Positions 28,168 through 37,725 of a stretch of 64,000 nt of DNA are shown in pieces. The DNA is taken from NCBI GenBank assembly GCA_964450605.1, contig CAYVEK010000001.1, positions 224,597 to 288,596 of the forward strand, given 5' to 3'. Numbering within the stretch: position 1 is the first letter of the stretch; each line of letters starts with the position of its first letter. The notes under the pieces were generated by a model. The model searched no databases. It was given only the letters and a program-made list of their open reading frames with translations, and was not told where the DNA came from. Source of the stretch: an uncultured Candidatus Saccharibacteria bacterium (GTDB taxonomy: Bacteria > Patescibacteriota > Minisyncoccia > Phycocordibacterales > CAIZLB01). A program made the translations under genes and the position numbers.

Positions 28168-28399
28168 TATATATCTTAGCATACCCTGGTCAAAAAAGCA
28201 AGTTCCAGAACATCCAAAAAGCTATTTTATCCTTATAAAATAAGGATTTTATACCTTGGCTCGACACCCCGATTTTTAAGGTTTTTTATGCCTTTTTGTA
28301 CAAAAGATTAGAACCTCGTAGTTTTGACATTTTGAGCCATTTTAGGTGTTTTAAACGTGGACTATTGACAAATATCTTATATATGCTACTATATAGTTA

Positions 28400-28578
28400 G
28401 TTCGAGGTGCCCAGGATCTTCACGGATACCAGAAAGACAGGGTACAGGGACCCTTGTCAATTTGGCCCCAAACTTGGGCATCTCGGACATCTGCACCGTC
28501 AGGGACTTAGGGTATATGCAAGGCTCACACATTTCTTAACGCCGATTGCAAATGCTCTAGTACCTGCCGGTGCTTTTT
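28400..28578 (+). ncRNA. Candidate novel structured sRNA (~180 nt)
   Basis: TTGACA-16-TACTAT promoter (28365-28392); 16-bp stem 28400-28415/28473-28488, inner hairpin, long imperfect 3' hairpin 28493-28573 plus T5. Confidence 0.65.
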
Positions 28579-28720
28579 ATTTTATATACATACCCCACAA
28601 CATAAACTGACTTATAACAAGCGCAACAAGCACAACCAGCACCACCCTACTCACCCACCGAGAACGACTTATTCTCCTCGCATCAGCATTGATTTTTCTT
28701 ATAAAATGATATATACTCAT
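28577..28720 (-). CDS. Unannotated 47-aa basic single-TM peptide (type I toxin-like)
   Basis: Hand translation MSIYHFIRKINADARRISRSRWVSRVVLVVLVALVISQFMLWGMYIK; below ORF-track cutoff. Confidence 0.6.
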   Translation of the reverse strand: MSIYHFIRKINADARRISRSRWVSRVVLVVLVALVISQFMLWGMYIK

Positions 28721-28800
28721 CTCACATCTATATCACATTTGTGTTAAAGATTATGACAAAAAAAGTTAAATTAATTATCAATTTTTAATCAACATCAGCC

Positions 28801-29073
28801 ATGGCAACAAAAAAGGCGGCCGGATCGGCCAAAAACCTTAAAGATTCACAGCCAAAGTACTTGGGTGTAAAGCTGTATGCAGGAGAAAAAGCTTCTGCAG
28901 GAGCTATCATCGTCCGACAACGAGGAAGTAAAATCTTAGCCGGCGACGGAGTTAAAATGGGACGAGACCATACTCTGTACGCAGTTAAAGAAGGTACTGT
29001 ATCTTTCGGAACAAAACGAAAGATTCAGATCGACAACAAAGTGAAAGTTAAAAAAATCGTTCACGTAAAATAA
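28801..29073 (+). CDS. rpmA: 50S ribosomal protein L27
   Basis: [24 protein letters not shown]. Confidence 0.98.
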   Translation: MATKKAAGSAKNLKDSQPKYLGVKLYAGEKASAGAIIVRQRGSKILAGDGVKMGRDHTLYAVKEGTVSFGTKRKIQIDNKVKVKKIVHVK

Positions 29074-29154
29074 TTTATTAAAAACCTAATACCTGTAACC
29101 CGTATCTCTACCTTATACGCCAGACAGATACGACCACGTATTAGTTAAAACACA

Positions 29155-30252
29155 ATGAGTACACAAGAAACTAACAAATTGATGACTGCACACTTTGCAG
29201 ACATCGCAAATCCTCCAAAAATCGGAGACGATATTGAAGGAAAAGTCATTACATTACACAAAAGTCGTCTATTCGTAGACCTTTCACCATTTGGTACAGG
29301 AGTTATCTTTGGTAAAGAGTTTATGATAGCTCGAGACATCATCCGAAAAGTAAATGCTGGTGATCTTATCACAGCAAAAGTTTGCGGATTTGATGATCAA
29401 GAAGGATATATAGAACTATCTCTAAAAGAAGCTAAACAAGCTCTTATCTGGAAAGAAGCTGAGCAAGCTGTTCTAGATAAAACAGCCTTTGATGTAGCAG
29501 TACAAGATGCAAACAAAGGTGGTCTTATGGTTACATGGCAAGGTATTCATGGATTCCTTCCTGCTTCACAGCTAAAACCTGAGCATTATCCAAAAGTTGA
29601 AGATGGAAACAAAGACAAGATACAAGATGAGCTTAAAAAGCTTATCGGACAAAAGATCTCTGTTACTATCATCACAGCTGACTCAAAAGAAGGAAAACTT
29701 ATCTTCTCAGAGAAAGGTATGGATGGTGCTGGAGCAAAAGGATTCAACGCTAAAGCACTTGAGATGAGTAGTAAATACTCTATCGGTGACGATGTTGATG
29801 GAGTTGTTACAGGTACAGTAGACTTCGGAGTATTTATCAAAATCAATGATGAGCTTGAGGGTCTAGCCCACATCTCAGAACTTGATTGGGGTCTAGTAGA
29901 AGATCCTCGAACTATCTTCAAAGTTGGTGATACTGTTAAAGCACGAATCATCGACGTAAAAGATGGAAAAGTATCTCTATCTCTAAAAGCTCGAAAAGAA
30001 AATCCTTGGAAAGCTGCAGCCGCTAAGTACAAAAAGGACGATGAGGTAACAGGAGTTATCATCAAGTTTAACCGACACGGAGCACTTGCAAGTGTTGAAG
30101 AAGGAGTTTCAGGTCTAGTTCACATCTCAGAGTTCGGCAACGAAGCTAAGATGAAAGAAAAGATCGAGATCGGAAAAAGTTATACATTTAAAATCAATAT
30201 GTTTGAGCCACGAGAACAGCGAATGACTCTGCATCTAGTTGAAAATAAATAG
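29155..30252 (+). CDS. rpsA: 30S ribosomal protein S1 (four S1 domains)
   Basis: Repeated S1 motifs GFLPASQL, GLAHISEL, GLVHISEF. Confidence 0.92.
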   Translation: MSTQETNKLMTAHFADIANPPKIGDDIEGKVITLHKSRLFVDLSPFGTGVIFGKEFMIARDIIRKVNAGDLITAKVCGFDDQEGYIELSLKEAKQALIWKEAEQAVLDKTAFDVAVQDANKGGLMVTWQGIHGFLPASQLKPEHYPKVEDGNKDKIQDELKKLIGQKISVTIITADSKEGKLIFSEKGMDGAGAKGFNAKALEMSSKYSIGDDVDGVVTGTVDFGVFIKINDELEGLAHISELDWGLVEDPRTIFKVGDTVKARIIDVKDGKVSLSLKARKENPWKAAAAKYKKDDEVTGVIIKFNRHGALASVEEGVSGLVHISEFGNEAKMKEKIEIGKSYTFKINMFEPREQRMTLHLVENK

Positions 30253-30266
30253 TCTATAAGACTACT

Positions 30267-30305
30267 AAAAGAAAAACCCGAGATATTGTCCCGGGTTTTT
30301 CTTTT
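30267..30305. terminator. Bidirectional terminator between rpsA and pth
   Basis: aaaagaaaaacccg...cgggtttttctttt. Confidence 0.85.
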
Positions 30306-30322
30306 GCTTGTATTGAGTTGTC

Positions 30323-30919
30323 TTACTTTGTATTCGCAAACTCCATAGCCTTAACCGGTCCGTCTTTGGCAAAGATGTGCAAAGTCTCTATAACCTTTTT
30401 AATGGCAGGTTGTAGGGCTTTCCACTCAGCATCTGTAAAAGTTCCCGTAACAAAGTTTGGCATTTTGTCGTGATTTGGCTTTCTCATAACACCTTCTTCG
30501 TCTGTAGGTATGATACCGATTTTTATACGGTAGTATTTTGTGGTTTTCAGCGTGTTATCTATAGAATCTAGACCTTTGTGTCCCGCAGAACCACGATCAT
30601 ATGTCATCTTTACAGTACCGATCGGCATGTCTATATCGTCATGAATAACAATGAGCTCTTTGTGCTCAGCGTCAGGTGACGTTTTTCCAAATAGTTTATG
30701 AATAGTTTTACCAGAATCATTCATATATGTTTGAGGTAAAACAAAAGTCACAGGAGTGCCCGAAAGGTCGCCTTTACCAATCAAAGCCTCAAAAAGTTTT
30801 TTGGAAACCATGTCTATTTCCTCACTATTGACAATGGTGGATATAATGTGTTCTCCTATGTTATGACGAGTTTTTGAGTACTCTGGTATGGGATTTCCTA
30901 GTCCTATGATGGTAAGCAT
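30323..30919 (-). CDS. pth: Peptidyl-tRNA hydrolase
   Basis: GLGNP, TRHNIG, TYMNDSG, HDDID, AGHKG. Confidence 0.97.
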   Translation of the reverse strand: MLTIIGLGNPIPEYSKTRHNIGEHIISTIVNSEEIDMVSKKLFEALIGKGDLSGTPVTFVLPQTYMNDSGKTIHKLFGKTSPDAEHKELIVIHDDIDMPIGTVKMTYDRGSAGHKGLDSIDNTLKTTKYYRIKIGIIPTDEEGVMRKPNHDKMPNFVTGTFTDAEWKALQPAIKKVIETLHIFAKDGPVKAMEFANTK

Positions 30920-30973
30920 ATATATGCTATAATAGGCGTATTAGCCTTAATTTGCAATAAATTTACAAATCCT

Positions 30974-31537
30974 ATGGATCAGACAGTTACAACAACAAAT
31001 ATACCCTCTCCTAGTACCTCAAAGCCTAAAAAAGATATGTCTTGGAGAACTTTTTTTATATATCTCCTTGTTGTTGTAGCTATACGCCTTTTTGTTCTTG
31101 AGCCACATAGTGTTTCAGGATCTTCTATGCTCGAGACTTTTCATGATAATGATTATCTATTCGTAGAGAAAGTGAGTTACCTATTTACAAACCCAAAACG
31201 AGGAGATGTTATCGTATTTAATCCACCTCTTGAGGAGCGAACGAGTGAACGTTTTATCAAACGAGTGATCGGTGTTCCTGGGGATTCTGTACGAGTACAA
31301 GATGGTGTAACTTACATTAACAATATTCCTCAAGCAGAACCTTTTGTAACACATCCAAGTAAAACCTCTGCATCAACTGTACTTGGTCAAGATCAGTACT
31401 TTGTCATGGGAGACAACAGAGCAGGTAGTTACGATTCACGAAGTTGGGGACCTATCACAAAATCAGAAATAAAAGGACAAGTACTTTTGAGACTATACCC
31501 TTTTAGTAACATAAACATATTTCCTGGAAAAAATTAA
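30974..31537 (+). CDS. lepB: Signal peptidase I
   Basis: GSSM, IKRVIGVPGD, GDNRAGSYDSR. Confidence 0.96.
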   Translation: MDQTVTTTNIPSPSTSKPKKDMSWRTFFIYLLVVVAIRLFVLEPHSVSGSSMLETFHDNDYLFVEKVSYLFTNPKRGDVIVFNPPLEERTSERFIKRVIGVPGDSVRVQDGVTYINNIPQAEPFVTHPSKTSASTVLGQDQYFVMGDNRAGSYDSRSWGPITKSEIKGQVLLRLYPFSNINIFPGKN

Positions 31538-31546
31538 TACAAATAT

Positions 31547-32734
31547 ATGAAAGCAATTAAAAAAGAACAGAAACCAGTAGAAAAAATATACGTAGTAGAA
31601 GAACATGCGCAGGTATATAAAACGCTTCAACACTTTGGTTTCTCCGCTACATATAAACCAACAACTACAAATTTGGAAGAAAAACTCGTCTCAAAGAAAA
31701 CAGAGTTATCTTTTCTTACAGATAGTTTAGCGATACAAAGAGGAGTTCTTGATAAATCATTTTACTCTTTCAACTTCCCTGTTCATCTTGGATATTCAGT
31801 AGACAAAGATACATATCGATATCACATTGTTGGTACAAAGAAAAATATATATGACGCATTAGCTATCGAGGCTGGATACAGTATCTTACAAGAGCTTCTA
31901 GGTGCTAGAAAAGAGATACTTGTTGAAATAAACTATATTGGCGACAAAGAATCTGTACAACGATTTACAAAAGAGTTGCAAAACTTTTTCAAGAAGAATG
32001 TAACTGTTGTACCTAAAAACATATTAGCTACTGCAAAAAAAGATCTAATCAGTGCATATAAAGAACTAAAAGGTGTAGAAATAAAACCTAAAGCCCCTAA
32101 AAAAGGTGGTGAACCTGAGCCAGTTGTTGTTCCAAATCCTATAGACTACCTAAGTGAAGAGTCTCGAAAAGAATTTAAAGAGATACTTGAATATGTAGAA
32201 AGTCTTGATATGAATTTTCAGATTCAACCATTCTTATTTGAATCACCTGATGTTGTAAGTGGTGTTATATTTAACATTCACGAGATGGAAGATGGCAGTA
32301 AAGGTGCTTTATCGGTTGTTGGTGTTCGAAATGATATTCTGGGGAAAAAAGTATTAAACAAAAAAGAAGTTCCTACTATATCTGTAGAAGTACGAGGTCT
32401 TAAAAAAGTTTCAAAACCCACTCGAACAATTAAGATAACAACTCATACAGAAGTAAAATTCTTCTATGCACAACTTGGTCCTGAGGCGCGATTTAAAACT
32501 CTTAAAGTTATAGACATGATGCGCTGTGCAAAAATACCAGTTCATCACGCTATTTCAAAAGAAAAGATCAGTGCTCAACTAGCACACGCAGAAAAACTCA
32601 ATGTTCCCTACCTTCTTCTTGTAGGACACAGAGAGGCGCTACAAAATCAAGTTACCGTTCGAAATATGAGAAACCTATCTCAAGAATCTGTAGAACTAAA
32701 TAATCTTATCGACTATCTTAAAAAATTACTTTAA
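31547..32734 (+). CDS. HisRS-like paralogue with anticodon-binding domain, degenerate catalytic core
   Basis: C-terminal QLAHAEKLNVPYLLLVG..E...VTVRNM anticodon-binding domain; class II motifs 2 and 3 not recognisable. Confidence 0.75.
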   Translation: MKAIKKEQKPVEKIYVVEEHAQVYKTLQHFGFSATYKPTTTNLEEKLVSKKTELSFLTDSLAIQRGVLDKSFYSFNFPVHLGYSVDKDTYRYHIVGTKKNIYDALAIEAGYSILQELLGARKEILVEINYIGDKESVQRFTKELQNFFKKNVTVVPKNILATAKKDLISAYKELKGVEIKPKAPKKGGEPEPVVVPNPIDYLSEESRKEFKEILEYVESLDMNFQIQPFLFESPDVVSGVIFNIHEMEDGSKGALSVVGVRNDILGKKVLNKKEVPTISVEVRGLKKVSKPTRTIKITTHTEVKFFYAQLGPEARFKTLKVIDMMRCAKIPVHHAISKEKISAQLAHAEKLNVPYLLLVGHREALQNQVTVRNMRNLSQESVELNNLIDYLKKLL

Positions 32735-32743
32735 AAACTTTAT

Positions 32744-34750
32744 ATGGCAAGCTTTCAAGGAACTTTAACACTTAATATGCGAGGTATGGGCTATGTGCGA
32801 ATACCTGGCGAGAGAAAATCAGACGACAAAACAATAGTCGTACAACCACAATTTGTTCTTGGAGCGCTTCCATATGATACAGTTGAAGTACAAACATTTC
32901 CTGAGCCAAATAGACGAGGTGAAATAGAAGGAAAAATCACAAAAATCATAGAACGAAACACTTCTGCTTTTGTAGCAGTCATAACTGAAGAAGACGGAAA
33001 ACATATCACTGCACGTCCCGACAATCAAAAACTCTCTTGTCGTTTTCAGATGGCACGCCCTCACATACACGCAACAGAGCTTTCTCGAGAACCTGAAGTT
33101 GGAGACAAAATTCTTGTACACATCGATTGGAATATTGAACCAAAAATAACTATAACAAAAACAGTAACACCTGAAGGATATCCTCGAACAGAAGTTGAGC
33201 GAGTATTCTTTGGACATATTCAAAAGATTTTTGGTAAACACGGTGAACACAATGTTGAGATGGAGGCCATCGTTGCTAGTGCGGGATTTGAAATAGGACA
33301 CAGTACCGAAATAGAAAAAGAAGCATCAGAAAGTGTGCAGAAACATGGCGCCCTAACTGCAGACGAACTCAAACTACGCCGTGATATGCGTACAGTATGG
33401 ACATGCACTATTGATCCTATAGATGCAAAAGACTTTGACGATGCCTTGTCATATAGAACACTTGATAATGGAAATGTAGAAATAGGTATACACATTGCTG
33501 ACGTATCACATTTTGTACGAGAAGGAACACTTCTTGATAAAGAAGCGCGGAAGAGAGCCTTCTCTGTATATCTTGTTGATCGAACTATACCTATGCTTCC
33601 TGAAGTTCTTTCAAATGGAATGTGCAGTCTAAATCCAAATGAAGATCGTTTTGCATTTTCTGCCGTATTTGAAATGAATCAAGAAGGACATATTATATCT
33701 CGTTGGTTTGGAAAAACTGTAATACATTCAGATAAACGATTTAACTACGAAGAAGCATACGAAGTTCTACAATCAAGTGACACATCTGTCTTTCCTGCCC
33801 TATTTGAACTCGCAAAGTTTGGTAGAATATTTGCCAAGAAAAGAAAAGCTGACGGTGCTATAGATTTTGAAAGTGATGAGATTAAGTTTACACTCGATGA
33901 AAAAGGAGTACCTGTTGCGGTATACAAAAAACAACGAGTAGAAACACATCATCTTGTTGAAGAGTTCATGCTTTTGGCAAACAAAGAGGTTGCTGAATAT
34001 GTGTTTAAACATTTTCTTGATGGAGGCAAAAAACTTCCCGGAGTATATCGAGTGCACGACCTACCAGATCCAGAGCGTATCAGCGAACTTGAGATATTGG
34101 TAAATGCCCTAGGTCTACATTTTCATCCTGGCAAAAAGATACACGCAAAAGATATACAAAAGCTTCTAGAACAGGCATCTGGACACCCCGCAGAAGCCAC
34201 TATAAAGACCTCTACACTGCGTTCTATGGCCAAAGCGGCATATGACACAGTCAATACAGGACACTTTGGTTTAGCCTTTGAATACTACACCCACTTCACC
34301 TCACCGATACGACGATACCCTGACCTGTCAGTTCACCGAATATTACAAAAAGTCTTAACTCATGAACATCCTTCACAAAACTTTTTAGCATCTCTTAAAC
34401 CTATTTGTGAAAACTCATCAGCTCAAGAAATAAAAGCTGCTGAAGCAGAGCGTGCAAGTGTTAAATATAAACAAGTTGAGTACATGTCTTATAAGATAGG
34501 ACAAGAATTTCTAGTGACAATATCTGGTGTTGCTGACTATGGACTATTTTTACAAGAACCAGAATCTCTGGCTGAGGGATTAGTTAAATTAAAAGATCTA
34601 GGAACTGATTTTTATCAAGTTGATACAAAAGCGTTTCGAGTTGTTGGACAAAATACAGGCAAGGTATATAACCTCGGAGACAAGTTGCGAGTTAAACTTA
34701 AAGGAGCTGATCTTGATTTAAAGACATTGGATTTTGAGGTTTTGGGGTAA
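32744..34750 (+). CDS. rnr: Ribonuclease R
   Basis: TIDPIDAKDFDDA, HIADVSH, HFTSPIRRYPDL, C-terminal S1. Confidence 0.96.
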   Translation: MASFQGTLTLNMRGMGYVRIPGERKSDDKTIVVQPQFVLGALPYDTVEVQTFPEPNRRGEIEGKITKIIERNTSAFVAVITEEDGKHITARPDNQKLSCRFQMARPHIHATELSREPEVGDKILVHIDWNIEPKITITKTVTPEGYPRTEVERVFFGHIQKIFGKHGEHNVEMEAIVASAGFEIGHSTEIEKEASESVQKHGALTADELKLRRDMRTVWTCTIDPIDAKDFDDALSYRTLDNGNVEIGIHIADVSHFVREGTLLDKEARKRAFSVYLVDRTIPMLPEVLSNGMCSLNPNEDRFAFSAVFEMNQEGHIISRWFGKTVIHSDKRFNYEEAYEVLQSSDTSVFPALFELAKFGRIFAKKRKADGAIDFESDEIKFTLDEKGVPVAVYKKQRVETHHLVEEFMLLANKEVAEYVFKHFLDGGKKLPGVYRVHDLPDPERISELEILVNALGLHFHPGKKIHAKDIQKLLEQASGHPAEATIKTSTLRSMAKAAYDTVNTGHFGLAFEYYTHFTSPIRRYPDLSVHRILQKVLTHEHPSQNFLASLKPICENSSAQEIKAAEAERASVKYKQVEYMSYKIGQEFLVTISGVADYGLFLQEPESLAEGLVKLKDLGTDFYQVDTKAFRVVGQNTGKVYNLGDKLRVKLKGADLDLKTLDFEVLG

Positions 34751-34838
34751 TGGTTTTTGAAAACATGTAGGGGGTTTGATCGATTGCTTGACTTTTAACC
34801 ATATATACTTTATAAAGTATATGCACTTTAACACCGCC

Positions 34839-35225
34839 ATGAAAACACTCATTCTGTTAGTTGTCGGAGCTACTGCTCTCCTCGTCCAATGGAGCTTAAC
34901 CAAACCCTCTTCTGGCAGCAAACCTCAGCCCAAAAGGCTGATCTACACAACCGATCCGGACAAGCAAGTTTTCCGGAAAAATCCACATGGTAAGTTTGAG
35001 CAAGTCGGTGAACCTATCACGGACTTTTCTCAGCCCCTTTTCTTCCAGCGGAAGGTTTGGGGTGGACTTTTGTCCATCTATGTTCCGATTATTCGGCAGT
35101 GTGATTTGAGGAATATCGTATTCGAGGCAGAGCTCGGAAACGGAAACCGTCCCGAAACTCTCGACCAAGGGATTGCTCGGATTAAAAGCCTCGCTCCCTG
35201 GATCGAGGTCAGGGTAAACCTGTAA
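34839..35225 (+). CDS. GC-richer ORFan with N-terminal signal/anchor (128 aa)
   Basis: MKTLILLVVGATALLVQW; TTGACT promoter at 34788; own terminator. Confidence 0.75.
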   Translation: MKTLILLVVGATALLVQWSLTKPSSGSKPQPKRLIYTTDPDKQVFRKNPHGKFEQVGEPITDFSQPLFFQRKVWGGLLSIYVPIIRQCDLRNIVFEAELGNGNRPETLDQGIARIKSLAPWIEVRVNL

Positions 35226-35243
35226 CCCCCAGCCTCACGCACC

Positions 35244-35284
35244 CCACCCACCGACGTTCAATCCGTCGGCTCGGGTGGTTTTTT
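35244..35284 (+). terminator. Terminator capped by a tRNA T-loop-like heptaloop
   Basis: ccaccc-a-ccgacg-TTCAATC-cgtcgg-ctc-gggtgg-tttttt. Confidence 0.8.
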
Positions 35285-35287
35285 CTT

Positions 35288-37591
35288 TTACTTCGCCACC
35301 GCAGCCGCCTCCTCAAACCCAATAGACAGCAACTGAGAAAAACCAGATCCGCCCATGGTCACTCCGTACAACACTCCGGCTCGTGACATAGTCTCTCTGT
35401 TATGTGTTACCAAGATAAGTTGTGAATGTTTACTCAATAGTTCTATCATATCTCCATATCGTCTTGAGTTCGCTTCATCGAGCGCGGCATCTGTTTCATC
35501 GAGAATGATAAATGGTGGCGGATTTACCTGACTCATAGCAAAGAGGAGTGCGATAGATGTCAAAGCTCTTTCACCTCCTGAAAGCATAGACAAGCCTTTA
35601 AGTTTCTTGTGTGGCAAAGATACGAACACATCAATACCGATCTCAACAGGAGAAGTTTCGTCATCTTCCATATCCATCTCGCCTTCTTCGTCATCTATAT
35701 CTGTCATTTTCTTTTTCTTTTTTCGCTCTTCCGTTATTACTAGTTTTGCTTCACCACCTCCAAACATTTGTTTAAAGAATGCTCCAAATTCTTTATTTAT
35801 TTTTTCAACACCTTCAGTAAACATTGATTTTAATTGTTCACTTACTTCAGCAATAAGTACTTCAAGATCAGCTAGGGATTTTGTTAAATCTTCCAACTCA
35901 TTTAAAAGAAAAGCGTCTCGTTCTTCGGTTTCGGTGTATTCTTTCATCAAAGCTTCATCGCCGGCACCTCCCAACTCTTCCAGACGAATCTTGTATTTTT
36001 CTATAGTATGAAGTTTTTCTTGCTGTACTCGTCTGTCAACCGTCTCGTCAAGTACAACGTCATCATATCGAAGCGCTTGCACTCCGATCAATACGCCTGC
36101 TTCCATCATTTCTTTTTCATATGCTTCTTTTCGACTGATATATACATCTTCTTGCATCTTGATCTTATCCAAGATGGCAGTAAGCTCATGTTGTCGAGAC
36201 ATAATTTTTAGCAATTCTTTTTCGGCCTCTACGTTTTTTTCTTTTTCAGCTTCTATCTCTTTTTTTGCCTCCTCATAATCTCGCAACACCTCCTGCTCAT
36301 GAGATCCTGCTTGTGCAATCTTTTGTTCAACTTCTTTTACAAGAGTTTGAATACGAAGCAACTCAGATTCTTCTTCAGTTGTATCATATCGAGAGACATC
36401 AACTGAGCTTTTACTTTTTTGGGCTTGTACATAAGAATCACACTCATGAACAAGATCTTGTGATGCTTTTTTAGCCTCTTCAAAAGAAGCATAATTACCA
36501 ACCGCAATATCATGCAAAACAGTTTTAATCTTTTTAACCAACACCTCAACTTCTCGAAGAGAGACCTGTACATCAGGTGAAGACTCTTCTTCTGCACGAA
36601 GAGCCTCAGCCTTTTTCTTTTCTATAGAACGGCTGATATATGTTATCTCTCCTTCATATCGTCCTATCTCTCGAGAATATGCATCTTTAGCAGATCGTGC
36701 GTCTCGTAACTTTCCTTCCAAAACAAACAGTCTGTCTGTACCAGCGTTTTGACTTTCGTTTTGAGCTAGGAGTTTTTTTGTTTCTGTCAATCGCTCTGTC
36801 AAGTTTTTGTACTCTGTATCAGGTTCTACACGAGCAGTTTTAAATTCTTGCTCTTCTTGTGCAAGCACTCGAGCTTCATGCGCAAAATATACCTTATACA
36901 GCTCTGTGAGTTCTCCTCGAACTTCTTTTGCTTTCTCGAGTTTTTCTACCTGCTTTTTCAGGAAGCGGATATGTGGGGCAAGTTCACGTCGAAGTGATTC
37001 CACCTCCTTCATATGTTCACGAGTTTTATCAAGACGCTTTTCAGCCTCTTCTTTTTTGTATTGATACACCTTAAGACCAAGAGCATCCTCGATCATCTCT
37101 CGACGCTCTTTATTTGATGAAGATAAAAGTCTATCAGCTTCTCCTTGAGATATGATATGGTGTCCTGAAGCACCAATGTTCGCCTCTGCTAAGAGTTCTG
37201 ATATATCTTTGAGACGCACCGCAGAGCCGTTTATCATGTATTCGTTTGTACCATCTCGGTTCACAGCACGTTCTATAACCACCTCATCAAAACTAGTTGT
37301 GTTAAAAAGACGTCTGTCATCAGACTGTAAACTATTATCAAAAACAACTTTCACATGAGCACGGTTTGAACGAGACAAATCTTTTCCACCATTAAATATC
37401 ATGTCCTCACCTTTCTTTCCTCGCATACTTTTTATAGACTGCTCACCGAGTACAAAACGAAAAGCTTCAACCACATTTGACTTACCAGAACCGTTGGGCC
37501 CAACAACACCAGTGATAGAAGTTGTAAATGTTAAATCAGCTTTTTTAGCAAATGATTTAAATCCATTTATATGGAGAGATTTTAACCGCAT
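35288..37591 (-). CDS. smc: SMC family chromosome segregation ATPase (short, 767 aa)
   Basis: GFKSFA, GPNGSGKSN, LSGGE, LDETDAALD, coiled coils. Confidence 0.93.
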   Translation of the reverse strand: MRLKSLHINGFKSFAKKADLTFTTSITGVVGPNGSGKSNVVEAFRFVLGEQSIKSMRGKKGEDMIFNGGKDLSRSNRAHVKVVFDNSLQSDDRRLFNTTSFDEVVIERAVNRDGTNEYMINGSAVRLKDISELLAEANIGASGHHIISQGEADRLLSSSNKERREMIEDALGLKVYQYKKEEAEKRLDKTREHMKEVESLRRELAPHIRFLKKQVEKLEKAKEVRGELTELYKVYFAHEARVLAQEEQEFKTARVEPDTEYKNLTERLTETKKLLAQNESQNAGTDRLFVLEGKLRDARSAKDAYSREIGRYEGEITYISRSIEKKKAEALRAEEESSPDVQVSLREVEVLVKKIKTVLHDIAVGNYASFEEAKKASQDLVHECDSYVQAQKSKSSVDVSRYDTTEEESELLRIQTLVKEVEQKIAQAGSHEQEVLRDYEEAKKEIEAEKEKNVEAEKELLKIMSRQHELTAILDKIKMQEDVYISRKEAYEKEMMEAGVLIGVQALRYDDVVLDETVDRRVQQEKLHTIEKYKIRLEELGGAGDEALMKEYTETEERDAFLLNELEDLTKSLADLEVLIAEVSEQLKSMFTEGVEKINKEFGAFFKQMFGGGEAKLVITEERKKKKKMTDIDDEEGEMDMEDDETSPVEIGIDVFVSLPHKKLKGLSMLSGGERALTSIALLFAMSQVNPPPFIILDETDAALDEANSRRYGDMIELLSKHSQLILVTHNRETMSRAGVLYGVTMGGSGFSQLLSIGFEEAAAVAK

Positions 37592-37640
37592 ATATAAAAT
37601 ATTATACCGTATCTATATATAAAAACATATCTATATATGT

Positions 37641-37725
37641 GAAAAACACATCTCTAGTATTGCTACTATCGATGTGTTTTTCATGTACTTGACTTGTTAA
37701 GATTGCTCTCATCAACTCAAGTACT
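37641..37725 (-). ncRNA. Candidate two-hairpin sRNA upstream of smc
   Basis: TTGCAA-16-TATACT promoter (37758-37731); two hairpins each capped by GCAA; second followed by T-tract. Confidence 0.5.

Noticed and set aside
28407-28610. 67-aa plus-strand ORF
   Set aside because: Starts inside a 16-bp stem and reads through the terminator; better explained as ncRNA
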